Translations under genes and position numbers: made by a program | Notes under the pieces: model-generated | What the model saw: the letters and a program-made list of their open reading frames with translations, nothing else | Told to the model about the DNA's origin: nothing | Databases searched by the model: none | Source of the DNA: an uncultured delta proteobacterium | GTDB taxonomy: Bacteria; Desulfobacterota; Binatia; UBA9968 | NCBI GenBank assembly: GCA_963847445.1 | Contig: CAWJZV010000023.1 | Coordinates: forward strand, 140,811-204,810 | Length of the DNA: 64,000 nucleotides | Reading direction: 5' to 3' | Part shown: positions 41,748 through 51,973 of the stretch, piece after piece | Numbering within the stretch: position 1 is the stretch's first letter | How the letters are laid out: every line of letters begins with the position of its first letter

Positions 41748-41829
41748 CGTCATTCCGGCGGAGGCCGGAATCCAGTATTTTGTACTGGAACTGAAATCGA
41801 ACCTGGATGCCGGCTTTCACCGGCATGAC
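41748..41829. repeat. CGTC-type REP doublet
   Basis: CGTCATTCCGGCGGAGGCCGGAATCCAG ... CTGGATGCCGGCTTTCACCGGCATGAC. Confidence 0.8.
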
Positions 41830-41941
41830 AAATCCACTATCCGCTTGAAGGCGAGGGAATTCGACCGTCTCCGAGAGAGACCTTAGGTGATTACGCTTGG
41901 CGTAATTGATCGGTGGCCGGCTTGACCGATAGAGTGCGCGG

Positions 41942-43177
41942 ATGGAAAAGCGATTTTTTAAGCCGCGACCGCAGAATGCTCGCCACGGTCGGGTCGAGCC
42001 GTCGGATGGGGCGGACCGCGGCCCCTACCAGGCGCCATGCCGCCATTATCCCAACTGTATCGGCTGTCCGTTTATCGATCTGCCCTATCCTGAACAGCTG
42101 GTGCGTAAACGCGCGCTGGTTGGCGAGGCGTTTGGCAAGTTCGCCGCGCTGAAGGATATTCAGATTCCCGAAGTCGTGCCGTCGCCGCGCCGTCTGGGTT
42201 ATCGCGCGCGGGTCAAGCTGGTGGTGCGCAAGAGCGGCGGAACCATTGCGACCGGACTCTACGTGCCGCAGACGCACCGGGTGATGGATATCTCGTCGTG
42301 CCCGGTGCACCCGCGCCGGGTCAATCAAGTGCTGGAGTATCTGAAGTTTCGCGCGCTGGAGTTGGGGATCGTTCCCTACGACGAGCGCGACGACAGCGGC
42401 GATCTGCGCTACGTCGACTTTCGCTATAGCTTTGCCCGGCAGGAAGTCAGTGTGACGTTGGTCAGCCGCCATCCGGTATTGCCCGAGGGTGAAATGCTGG
42501 CGCGGGCATTGCAGCGTAAATTCTCATTTGTCACCGGCGTGATCCTCAATATCAATGAAAACCGCGGCAACGTGATCTGGGGCGCGGTCAACCGCATGCT
42601 CTCCGGCCGTGAAACCCTGTTAGAACAAATTGGCGGCCTCAAGTTGGTCTATCCCGCCGGGGTGTTTTCCCAGTCCAATCCCAACACTGCGCAAAAACTC
42701 TACGACCATGTGATCGAGTTGGCGCAACTGACTGGTAAAGAGTCGGTGCTCGATCTTTACTGCGGCGTCGGGCCGATCTCGCTCAATCTCGCGCCTGGAG
42801 CGCGCCAGGTCTGGGGCATCGACGACAACGAAGCCGGCATCACCACGGCGAAGCAAAACGCCCGGCGCAACGGCGTCGGCAACAGCCGTTTCTTCGCCGG
42901 CGACGCCGCGGCGATGGTGCAGCAGCTGCGCGGGCAATTGATTGCGCTCGATCTGATCGTCGCCAATCCCCCGCGCAAAGGTTTCCAGGCCGCTGCTCTT
43001 GCTGCCGTGCTGGAATTGCGCGCGCCGAAGCTCATTTATGTCTCCTGCGAACCGACCAGCTTGGCGCGCGATTTGGAAAAACTCGTGCAGGCCGGTTACC
43101 GCATTCAATCGGTGCAGCCTTTCGATATGTTTCCGCAGACCGCGGAGGTGGAGACGGTGGTGGCGCTGCAGCTTTGA
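41942..43177 (+). CDS. rlmD: 23S rRNA m5U methyltransferase RlmD/RumA family
   Basis: C.HY..CIGC Fe-S motif, YR.R, FSQSN, VLDLYCGVG, NPPRKG, YVSCEP.SLARD, DMFPQT..VE. Confidence 0.9.
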   Translation: MEKRFFKPRPQNARHGRVEPSDGADRGPYQAPCRHYPNCIGCPFIDLPYPEQLVRKRALVGEAFGKFAALKDIQIPEVVPSPRRLGYRARVKLVVRKSGGTIATGLYVPQTHRVMDISSCPVHPRRVNQVLEYLKFRALELGIVPYDERDDSGDLRYVDFRYSFARQEVSVTLVSRHPVLPEGEMLARALQRKFSFVTGVILNINENRGNVIWGAVNRMLSGRETLLEQIGGLKLVYPAGVFSQSNPNTAQKLYDHVIELAQLTGKESVLDLYCGVGPISLNLAPGARQVWGIDDNEAGITTAKQNARRNGVGNSRFFAGDAAAMVQQLRGQLIALDLIVANPPRKGFQAAALAAVLELRAPKLIYVSCEPTSLARDLEKLVQAGYRIQSVQPFDMFPQTAEVETVVALQL

Positions 43178-43193
43178 TCGAGGCTATCGAACA

Positions 43194-43280
43194 TCCCCCT
43201 TTGAAAAAGGGGAACTGCGGGGGATTTGAAGGTAGTGCGTATCAGAAAATCCATCTTCCCCCTTTTTTCAACGGTGGGGT
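43194..43280. repeat. CCCCCTTT..AAAGGGG-type palindromic repeat pair
   Basis: TCCCCCTTTGAAAAAGGGGAACTGCGGGGGATTT ... AAATCC..CCCCCTTTTTTCAACGGTGGGG. Confidence 0.6.
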
Positions 43281-43396
43281 ATCTAACTCAATATCGGGAT
43301 TTGTTGGTTCAAGTACTGATTCACCACGCTCGGTTGCGTTTTTCCTCGGTCGTATGGTTTGATGGCTCAAAATCTAATCTATTGTGGAGGTTCTCC

Positions 43397-43837
43397 ATGG
43401 CTGATTTGCAAGTTCAAGGCGTGGTTCACTGGTCGATCCCGGTGAATAATTTGGAGGAATCGGAAAAGTTTTACGGCGAGATTCTCGGTCTGGAGTCCAA
43501 GGGACGTTTGGGTGGCTCGAAAATGTCCTGCTTCAAAGCCGGCAGCCACGATATTCTGCTGTGCGAGCGCAAGGAGTCATTGACCCGCACGCCGCAGCAG
43601 GACAACCGCCTGCATCATGCGTTTATGGTCAGCCCGGACATGTGGGAGCGCGGCGCCAAGCTGTTGCACGAGAAGGGCGTCAAGATCGCCGAAGCGATCG
43701 TCTATCGCGAGAAGGGCCACTTCACCGGGCGTGAATTGTACTTTCTCGATCCGAGCGGCAACATGCTCGAACTTTGCGATCCGACCTGGAAGCCGGGCAT
43801 GCCGACACCGACCTACGAAGAGATCGTCGGAAAATAA
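43397..43837 (+). CDS. VOC/glyoxalase family protein
   Basis: VHWSIPV..LEES.KFY..ILG, HHAF, YFLDPSGNMLE; GGAGG RBS. Confidence 0.88.
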   Translation: MADLQVQGVVHWSIPVNNLEESEKFYGEILGLESKGRLGGSKMSCFKAGSHDILLCERKESLTRTPQQDNRLHHAFMVSPDMWERGAKLLHEKGVKIAEAIVYREKGHFTGRELYFLDPSGNMLELCDPTWKPGMPTPTYEEIVGK

Positions 43838-43852
43838 GTGATTCGGATATTC

Positions 43853-44006
43853 CTCTCGCAAAGGCGCAAGGTACGCGCAAGTTCGTGAATCGCCGTATTG
43901 TCATTTCGACCAAAGGGAGAAATCTTTCTTAGATCCCTCGTGCCTTCGCTCGGGATGACGGGCATTCGTCCGTCACCTTTGCGGCCTTGGCGTCTTTGCG
44001 GGAGAT
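43853..44006. repeat. Nested palindromic elements
   Basis: Outer CTCGCAAAGGCGCAAG ... CTTGGCGTCTTTGCGGGAG arms enclose TGTCATTTCGACC..GAGAAATCT..AGATCCCTC..CTCGGGATGAC. Confidence 0.7.
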
Positions 44007-44035
44007 ACTCCGATTCTCTAAACCCGAAACGATCT

Positions 44036-45290
44036 TCACTCCGACCGATAGTGCCACAGCTGGGGGATCGCCCAGCAAGTGCCGACGACGGTAAGGGCGC
44101 AGAGCACGCAGCCGACCAGCGCGGCGTTGGGGGCGCCGATGAGGGCGGCGCCGGCGCCGGCGATGACCGCGCCGGTGGCGTTGGTGGTCTGGGCGAAGAC
44201 GGTGAGAAAGCTGGTGGCGCGGCCGCGCATGTCGTCGGGCGCCAGGATCTGCACGACGGTGCGGCGCATGGCGACGCTGATGGCGTCGCTGATGCCGAGC
44301 AGCCCGACGGCGATCAGTCCCATCCAAAACCATTGGGACAATCCCAACAGACCCAAGCTCAAGGCGAACAGCAGTGTGACGATGACCGACAGCGCGCCCT
44401 TGCGCTTGACGTCGCCGAAGGCGAGCAGGATACCCGAGCCGATCAGCGCGCCGATGGCCGGGCGAGGCGTAGAGCATGCCGAGTCCGCGCGCGCCGACAT
44501 GATAGATTTCATCGGCGAAGATCGGCAGGATCGGCCGGTAGAAGCCGAACAGCACGGCAAAAAAATCAAGCACGAAGAGCGAGAGAATGATCCGCGTGTG
44601 CCAGATAAACTCGACGCCTTCGATCAGGCTGTGCCAGCCGATCTTGCGCCGCTGGCCCTGCGGCATGCCCGAAGCGCGAATCATTAACGCGGCGAGCACC
44701 GACGGCAGCGGCAAGCAGGCGTCGACAAAGTAGGACGCCTGGACGCCGAAGAAGTCGATCATGAAGCCGGCGATCACCGGCGCGGTGAGCTGGGTTCCCT
44801 GCATCATCAAGGTCGACAAGGTCACGGCGTTGAGCAGATGGGACTGCGGGATCAGACTCGGAATGATCGCCTGGCGCGCCGGGCCGCCGAGGACTTGGAG
44901 GGCGCCGGCGAAGACCATCAGAACATTGATGTGCCAGACTTGAATCGAGCCGCTGACGGTTAGCAGCGCGAGCAGCAGATCCGGGCACGATGTTGAGGCT
45001 ATGGGTGATGGCGATCAGTTTCTTGCGATTGAGCGTGTCGGCGAGCACGCCGCCGAACAGGCCGAAAAAGATAAACGGCGCGGCTTGAAAGAAGCCGGTG
45101 AAGCCGAGCTGCACCGATGAGCCGGACAGTTGGTAGACGTGGTACAAGCGTCGCCACGTTGCGCATGTGGTTCGAGGTGTTGCCGCACAGGATCGCCGTG
45201 AAGATCAAGCGGTAGTCGCGGATCAGCAGCGACGACCAGGGGCGGATTACGGTGTCAGCGGGATTGGGTATGATCTGAAGGTTCGCTCAC
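44036..45290 (-). CDS. MFS transporter (EntS/H+ antiporter-like), several frameshifts
   Basis: LLIRDYRL, GLFGGVLADTLNRK, GGPARQA.IP.L, Q..APDDMRGR spread over ORFs 44999..45208, 44566..45147, 43929..44918, 44036..44569; start approximate. Confidence 0.78.
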
Positions 45291-45414
45291 TCGGTGGTTA
45301 TGCTCCGGAAGGTTTCTGCGTCCCGCCAATGTATCGGTTCGACTAAAGTGGGTCAAACGTTATTGATCTCTTGGCGCGGCGCGCCATAGAATCGCGACCA
45401 ACGAATATCGGATT

Positions 45415-45535
45415 ATCTCCCGCAAAGACGCAGCGCTAAGTTCGCAAAGCTCGGATAATCCGCAGTGAAATGCATTCGAAGAGATTTTACATCTTTCGCC
45501 GATGCGAACTTAGCGACTTTGCGCCTTTGCGGGAG
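45415..45535. repeat. CGCAAAG..CTTTGCG palindromic element
   Basis: CTCCCGCAAAGACGCAGCGCTAAGTTCG ... CGAACTTAGCGACTTTGCGCCTTTGCGGGAG. Confidence 0.7.
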
Positions 45536-45571
45536 TAATTTCCGACTCCGATTAAACTACGACGAGGTGTA

Positions 45572-46673
45572 ATGATGTACATTGACGGCGATACTCACTA
45601 CTGGCCGGTGCGATTTATCGACAAGGTCGATCATCCGGGGCGCGGCCATATCGAATTCCAAAAAGGCACCGGCGCGGTGATCCGCTTCGGCGTCGACTTT
45701 CCCGGCGATGCCGCGACTTACTTTCGCGACGGCAAGAAGATTCACTCGTTCAGCGAGACCCGGTGGAATCTCGACATGCACCACGATGTCATGGTGCGCG
45801 AAGGTTTCGACTATCAGGTCGTCATCGCCGACAACCGGCCGCTGATCTACGAAGTGGAGCGCGATCTCGGCGTCGCCATGGCGCGCGCTTACAACGACAC
45901 GGTGGCCGAAGATATCGCCGGCCGCGAGCGCTTTCTCGGCATCGCCTGGGTTTACTTGCCCGACGTCGACGAGTCGATCCGCGAGCTGCGCCGCTGCGGT
46001 CAAAGAGCTCGGCTTCAAAGGCGTCAAGCTGATGGGCGGCCACGCCAACTGCGATCTCGATGCCGAGGTGCTCTGGCCGTTTTACGAAGAAGTCTGCAAG
46101 CTCGATGTGCCGATCCTGGTCCATCCCGGCACGCGGGTCTTCGAAGCGCAGGATTGCCATCCCTGGCTGGTCGGCAGCGACCGTTACGACGGCTTCAAGA
46201 TGCTCGCGACGGCGCTCGGATTTCCGTTGACCTACATGGTCAGCGCGGCGCGTTTGATCATGAGCGGCGTGCTCGACCGCTTTCCCGATCTGCGCATTTC
46301 GTTTTTCGAAGGCGGCATCGGCTGGGTGCCCTGGCTGATGAAGACGCTCAACCACCACACGCTGTCGGCGTCGCCAGGCACGACTTCGGTCAACGACTTT
46401 TTCCGCAAGCGCGACAAACTCAAACGCGCGCCGAGCGACTATTTCGATCAGCTCTACATCGCCGCCATCGCCTGGGAGGACTACCTGCCGCAGATCGTCG
46501 AAGTCTGGCCCAACCACAACATCATCATCGGCAGCGACTTCGACCACGGCGACGCGATCTCGACCTGGCCCAATACCATCGCGCCGATCAAGGCGATGAA
46601 GGGGATTTCGGAGGCAGATAAGGAAAAGATTTTAGGCGGCAACGCGATGCGGTTGTTCGGGATGAAAGGATAG
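45572..46673 (+). CDS. Amidohydrolase family protein (frameshift near 45995)
   Basis: YIDGDTH, ARAYND, PILVHPG, GVLDRFPDLR..FEGG.GW, GSDFDH, KILGGNA.RLF. Confidence 0.85.
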
Positions 46674-46679
46674 TCGGAA

Positions 46680-47368
46680 GGGCGTATGCAATACGCCCCT
46701 ACGAAGCCATCGGAGATTGCCATGGCCGACGACAACGTTGATCGTCAACGCCGTTCCATTCGATTGGCGCATTACGACTATAGCCAGGACGGAGCGTATT
46801 TCTTGACGCTCTGTGTGCATGATCGACTCTCTATATTTGGCCAGATCGTAGATGGTGTCATGCAACTTAACGAGTGCGGCTCGCTTGTAGCGTCCGAATG
46901 GTGTCGAACATCTGCAATTCGTCCCCATGTGGCATTGGACGAGTTCGTAGTGATGCCAAACCACTTTCACGCCATAATCGCGATCGAGGACTCCCGTAGG
47001 GGCGTATTGCCATACGCCCATCCGAGATTTCAATCACCGTCGCAGAGTCTTGGCTCGATAGTGCGCGGGTTTAAATCAGCGACAACGACGTTGATTAACT
47101 CTATGCGAAATTCTCGCGGCGCTCCCGTATGGCAAAGAAACTATTACGAGCATGTGATTCGGAATGAAAGCGAGCTAACTCGCATTCGCGAGTACATCGT
47201 TAACAATCCGCATCAGTGGACCTTGGATCGAGAAAATCCGCAGAAGGGCGTATATCAATACGCCCCTACGGACGGAATCGAAGACATCTTCGGTGGCATT
47301 CGACCGTGACAGCTCTTTTGCAACGAGGTGTTTTACCCGAAAATCTCTTGTAGCGTATTGCATACGCC
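46680..47368. repeat. Four GTAGGGGCGTAT..ATACGCCC REPs flanking and inside the RAYT gene
   Basis: Copies at 46680-46702 (reverse), 46996-47019, 47246-47269 (reverse), 47350-47368 (degenerate). Confidence 0.85.
46722..47309 (+). mobile_element. REP-associated tyrosine transposase (RAYT, Y1 HUH family)
   Basis: RRSIRL..YDYS..GAYF.T.C, VVMPNHFH, S.G.IVR.FKS, WQRNYYEHVIR, YIVNNP. Confidence 0.92.
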
Positions 47369-47562
47369 TTCTTAGCTTCAAGCAGACCGCTGTCTTTCGA
47401 TCCTTCGGATGATTTCTTCTTTAACAGGCGTTGGCTCATGCCGATCTTGACCGCTTTTCTAATGAAGTCGTGGCTTGTAAAGCCAGAGCCGTGTGAGTAG
47501 AGTAACTGGGTGACGGTGTGATGGGTCGACAGGAAGGTAGATCGTGAGAGTTTTTTGCGGCG

Positions 47563-48783
47563 ATGGGAAAACGGAGAAGAGAGAGGGAATTGGTGGCGGT
47601 GAGCGAGCTACCGAAGTCAGTGAGCACCCGTTTACGAGAAACTCATGGCTTTGGTCGAGCACGGTTCGACGAGTTTGTCGAGGCCAGTGCGGCGTTCTAT
47701 GCGAGAAGGGGCGCGAGTTGGCGCGGGGCAGATATTTTCGTTTCATGTTGCTTGGGTATTTCGAATGCCTGGACTCGGAACGTGCCATGGCGTGGCGCGC
47801 GGCGGATTCGTTGGGAGTGCGCTGGGTTGCTCGGTCTGGGGCTGACAGAGGCGATGCGCCGAATCGTTCGACGATATCGCGGACGCGACGATTGATCGAT
47901 CTGGAAACCATCGGAGGTGTTCACGTGAGTGCTTCAGTGTCTGGGGATGGCCGGACTAATCAAATGCAAAACGCTCGGCGATCGACGCCACGGCGCTCGA
48001 AGCGAACGCGGCCATGCGCAGCATCGAGCTGCGCGACTCCGGGGAGACGTATAACGAGTTTTTGACCAAGCTGGCCAGGCCTCCGGCATTGAAACCCCGA
48101 CGCGAGCTGATCTGGCAAAGCTGGATCGCAAGCGTAAGAAGAAAGGATCTAACCAGGACTGGGAACATCCGTACGACCCCGACGCACGGATCGCCAAGAT
48201 GAAGGACGGGCGCACGCATTTAGCGCACAAAGCCGAGCATGCGGTGGATCTCGAGACCGGCGCCATCGTGGCCGTCACGCTGCAAGAAGCCGATCACGGC
48301 GACACCACGACGATCCAGACTACGCTGCCCGAAGCAATCGAGCAGTTAGAAGCGGTGGCGGCGATCATCGACGACAAGGTCAAGACGGGCGAAGAACTGG
48401 TCACCGACAAGGGCTACCACAGCAAACAAACCGTGCTCGATGTGCAGTCCCTAGGACTACGCAGCTACATCAGTGAACCGGATCGCGGTCGGCAGCACTG
48501 GATCGATCAGCACGCGAGCGTGACGCGGTGTATGCCAATCGGCGGCGCATTCGAGGCGAGCGTGGGCAGCAAGTTGATGCGGCGACGCGGCGAGTTGTTA
48601 GAGCGACCCAATGCTCATCTCTACGAGACCGGCGGCATGCGTCGGACTCATCTGCGCGGGCACGGCAATATTCTCAAACGGCTGCTCGTGCATGTGGCGG
48701 CGTGCAATCTCGGCCTGTGGATGCGCACGTTGACGGGCATTGGGACGCCACGCGGCCTGCAGGGCCGTGTCGCCGCCGTATAG
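47563..48783 (+). pseudogene. Degraded IS1182-like DDE transposase
   Basis: Fragments in three frames: YFRFMLLGYFE.LDSER..AWRAADSL, STISRTRRLIDLET, KMKDGRTHLAHKAEHAVDLETG, VTDKGYHS, ER..AHLYETGGMRRTHLRG..NILKR; many indels and small deletions. Confidence 0.85.
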
Positions 48784-48893
48784 GCTGGAAGCGACGGAAA
48801 ACACTTCAGAGACACAAGGTGTTCGACGCGCCTTATTTAATAACCCAAACAAAGACGCGATGAGCGCTGAGTTGTGAGTTAAGTTGTCAACGA

Positions 48894-50250
48894 CTACGCC
48901 ACAAAATACCCGCCCACCACCGCTTCCTTCCAGCTCTTAATCACCGACGGCACGATGCCCGCCGGCAGATCCTTTTCCGGTTTCCAGAAGCTATGCACGC
49001 CGGCGCCGAAGCGGGTGATGCCGGTTTTGGGCGCGGGCGACATGGCGCGGAAGCCGGGGATGATGACTTCGTTGTAGACTTCCGGGCTGTGGTCGCGGCT
49101 GTCTTTCGAAATCTCGAACAGGAACGGCGGTAGCGGTTTGACGTTTGGACCTGACAGTTCGCGCGTGTAGCCGATGAACCGTTGCACTAGTGCTTCGGTT
49201 TCGTCCTTGTTCATTTTCATTCTCGCCGCGCTGACTCTCGCGCCTTCGGCTAACGAGCCGGTGATGGCGTGGGTGACGAGATATTCCGCCTTGAACTGCG
49301 GGCGGTTTTTCGCGCGTTCCCAGGCTTCGAGCACGTCCTCCATGATCGCCGGCAGGCGCATCAACGCGCTCGGTCCTTCCTGGCCGAGCGCTTCCGGTCC
49401 TTGATAGCGGGCGAGGTCGCGCCAGGTGCGGATGTAGAGTTCGTCGAATGGGTCGCTGCGCGGCTTGCCTTGCTTCTCCGGTTTTTCGTAGCCGGTGATC
49501 TTGCCCAGCTCGCCGCCCCAGACATCGCGGCCGGAGCACAGATAGCCGAACGGGCGAATGTTCCGTCGCGCAGACGCCGGCCATATTCTCGACGCGCTGC
49601 GACAGCATGCAGATGAACGGGCCGCCGGTGGAGTGGCCCTGGCCGTAGATGGAAAATTCGCCGACGGGAAAATGGCGCTTGCAGGCTTCGATCATGCCTG
49701 CTTCAAACGCCGCCGGCCAGGCGGCCATGCGATACCAGAAAATCGACTCCGGTTTGGCCTTCGCCAGCGTGCGCGTGCCGTAGCGGTTGCGCTTGGTTCC
49801 GTCTTTGACGACTTCGTATTGATCCGGCCCGATCAGCTCGCCCTGCTTCCAGATCGGCGTGCGCACGGTGCCGTCGGCGTGAATCGTGTCGTCGGGCCAG
49901 TCGCGGCTCGGATCGGGAAAGTAAAAGCGCCCGGGAAATGTCCCGGCGACGACGCGGCAGCCGTACTTGCTGGCGAGCAGCTTGGCGTGGCGCTCGATGC
50001 CTTTAAAATCACTGGACCCGCCGTGCAAGAGAAAAAAGCCGATCTTCTTGCCGTCGGCGCCGGTGGGGATTTTGCCCGGGTCCGCCGGTTGGTGCACGAC
50101 CATGCCCATGTCCCAATCCATGCCGAGCACGTTGATGCGGAAAATATCTTCGCTGCTGGTGATCGGAATGTCGGGCAGGCCCAAGACCTCTTCGGTGTCT
50201 TTGATGCACTGTTCGCGGGCGATGAATTCAGGTGGTTGCCATTGGCTCAT
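48894..50250 (-). CDS. Hypothetical protein with alpha/beta-hydrolase-like motifs (frameshift near 49555)
   Basis: LLHGG, GHSTGG, SRDH, GVH; GC3-rich codon usage across ORFs 48991..50250 and 48894..49364. Confidence 0.7.
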
Positions 50251-50294
50251 GTGGGTTTCTCCTATTATGTGTCACGTTCAGAAAGATTCGGACG

Positions 50295-50830
50295 ATTCAC
50301 CGCGGAGCCGCCGAGTACGCCGAGGGGGAAGAGTTGAAATTAATCTCTGCGAACTCTGTGCCTCTGCGGTGAATTCTGTCTATGGACATCTGCTCCATCG
50401 ATTAACTCGCGCAGGCAGCCCAAGTCAACCGCTCGGGCTGTTTAGAGTCCAGAGCTGGAGTCTTGTTACCGAACTTAGCTACCTTTATTTCCCCTAAAAG
50501 GAGCGCGGGTTTTCTAACCCGCGATTGAATGCTGCGGACAAGAATGTCCGCGCTCCTTTAGAAGATCCAAAGGCGCGAAGCGAGGGTGTCTGAATTTGCT
50601 GACCGATAGTCGATTCTCCATACCGTCATTCCGGCGCGGAGCCTGCCCCGGACTTGATGCGAAGCTGGAATCCAGTCCCGCCAGCCACCTGGATACCGTT
50701 CTTCAACGGTATGACGGATGGTGCAACGCGGAACTCTAGACGCTAGAAGCCTTTTGCGGCTGGACAATGAAATGGAAAACCGGATAGAAACGGGGGAGTG
50801 GATCAATGGAGTATTGGAGTGCTGGAGTTA
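50295..50830. repeat. Cluster of four different palindromic/short-repeat elements
   Basis: ATTCACCGCGGAG..CTCTGCGGTGAAT (50295-50375); AAGGAGCGCGG..CCGCGCTCCTT (~50497-50558); CGTCATTCCG..CTGGAATCCAG..CTGGATACCG..CGGTATGACG (~50624-50716); TGGAGTAT-like octamers (~50794-50830). Confidence 0.7.
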
Positions 50831-51825
50831 TGGCTATTCGGATCAGAATCGGATCGGTCGCATGCTCGTTAGCGATTGCATTGCTGACGAGTCTTTCCGG
50901 CCACGCGGCGGATAAGCTGCTCGTTGCCACCGGTGGATTTTCGCCGAGCGTGCCGCCGTTTGTCAGCTTCGCCAAGGGGCAGATGCTCAAACAGGACATC
51001 GAGATCGACGATATTTTAATGAACGGCGGCTCTTTGTCGGCGCAGACATTGGCCGCGGGGCAGGTAAAGATCATCGTTACGACCAGCGCGGTGGTGCCGC
51101 AGTTCAATCTGAGCGGCGGCGATATGGTGATCGTCGCCGGCACGATCAATAAGCTGCCCTATCAGATCGTTGCCCGCGGCGAGTTCAAGAATCCCGCGCT
51201 GCTCAAGGGCAAACGCGTGGCGATCAGCCGCTTTGGTTCGTCGTCCGAATGGCTCGTGCGCTTGGCGTTGGCGAGGATGGGCTTGGACCCGGACAAAGAT
51301 GTGACCATCGTGCAAATCGGCGGGCAGAGCGAGCGCTTGGCGGCGCTGCAAAACAACGCGGCCCAGGCGACGCTGCTCGGGCCGCCGACCAGCACCAGCG
51401 CGGTGCGCAACCTCGGCATGGTGCAGTTGGCCGACTTGAGCGAATACGAAACCACCTATCCGTTGCAGTCGGTGATCACCACGCGCGCCTACGTGAAAGA
51501 GAACCGGCCGCTGCTGAAAAGATTTCTGCGCGGCCTTGGCCTGGCGTTCAAGCAATATCGCGAGCAGCCGCAGGACGGCATCGCCTTTCAAATGAAGCAG
51601 TTCAAACTGCCCAACGATCTTGCCGAGGCGGGCTACCGCTCGTCGGTCAGAGTCATGGAGCCGGAACTAAAACCGCCGGATAATTCCGCCCTCGATCTCG
51701 TCGTCAAAGAACTGGCGGTGCGCATCGAGAAGGCCAAGACCGTGACGCTGGCGGAACTGCGCATGGTCGATGACTCGATCCGCGCGGAGTTGGTCAAAGA
51801 GGGGGTTTTCAAGAACGCGAAGTAG
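50830..51825 (+). CDS. NMT1/SsuA-like ABC substrate-binding protein
   Basis: Signal peptide, LKGKRVAISRFGSS, GLDPDKDVTIVQIGG..ERLAAL. Confidence 0.88.
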   Translation: MAIRIRIGSVACSLAIALLTSLSGHAADKLLVATGGFSPSVPPFVSFAKGQMLKQDIEIDDILMNGGSLSAQTLAAGQVKIIVTTSAVVPQFNLSGGDMVIVAGTINKLPYQIVARGEFKNPALLKGKRVAISRFGSSSEWLVRLALARMGLDPDKDVTIVQIGGQSERLAALQNNAAQATLLGPPTSTSAVRNLGMVQLADLSEYETTYPLQSVITTRAYVKENRPLLKRFLRGLGLAFKQYREQPQDGIAFQMKQFKLPNDLAEAGYRSSVRVMEPELKPPDNSALDLVVKELAVRIEKAKTVTLAELRMVDDSIRAELVKEGVFKNAK

Positions 51826-51908
51826 GGACCCGTCACCTTTCCTCTCCCATCGGAATGGGCGAGGGTCAAGAATCGCCGGCATAGCTCGACGACCTTCGAT
51901 CGCAGCTA

Positions 51909-51960
51909 AAACGATTTGAACGTTTTGAACGGAGCGTAGCGGTTGAACGATTTGAACCGC
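51909..51960. repeat. TTGAACG nonamer array
   Basis: AACGATTTG AACGTTTTG AACGGAGCGTAGCGGTTG AACGATTTG AAC. Confidence 0.7.
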
Positions 51961-51973
51961 TTCGGTTGTAATT

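Noticed and set aside
47464-48895. Terminal inverted repeats of the decayed IS
   Set aside because: Only a weak ~8/10 match (GAAGTCGTGG versus the reverse complement near 48890); ends cannot be called
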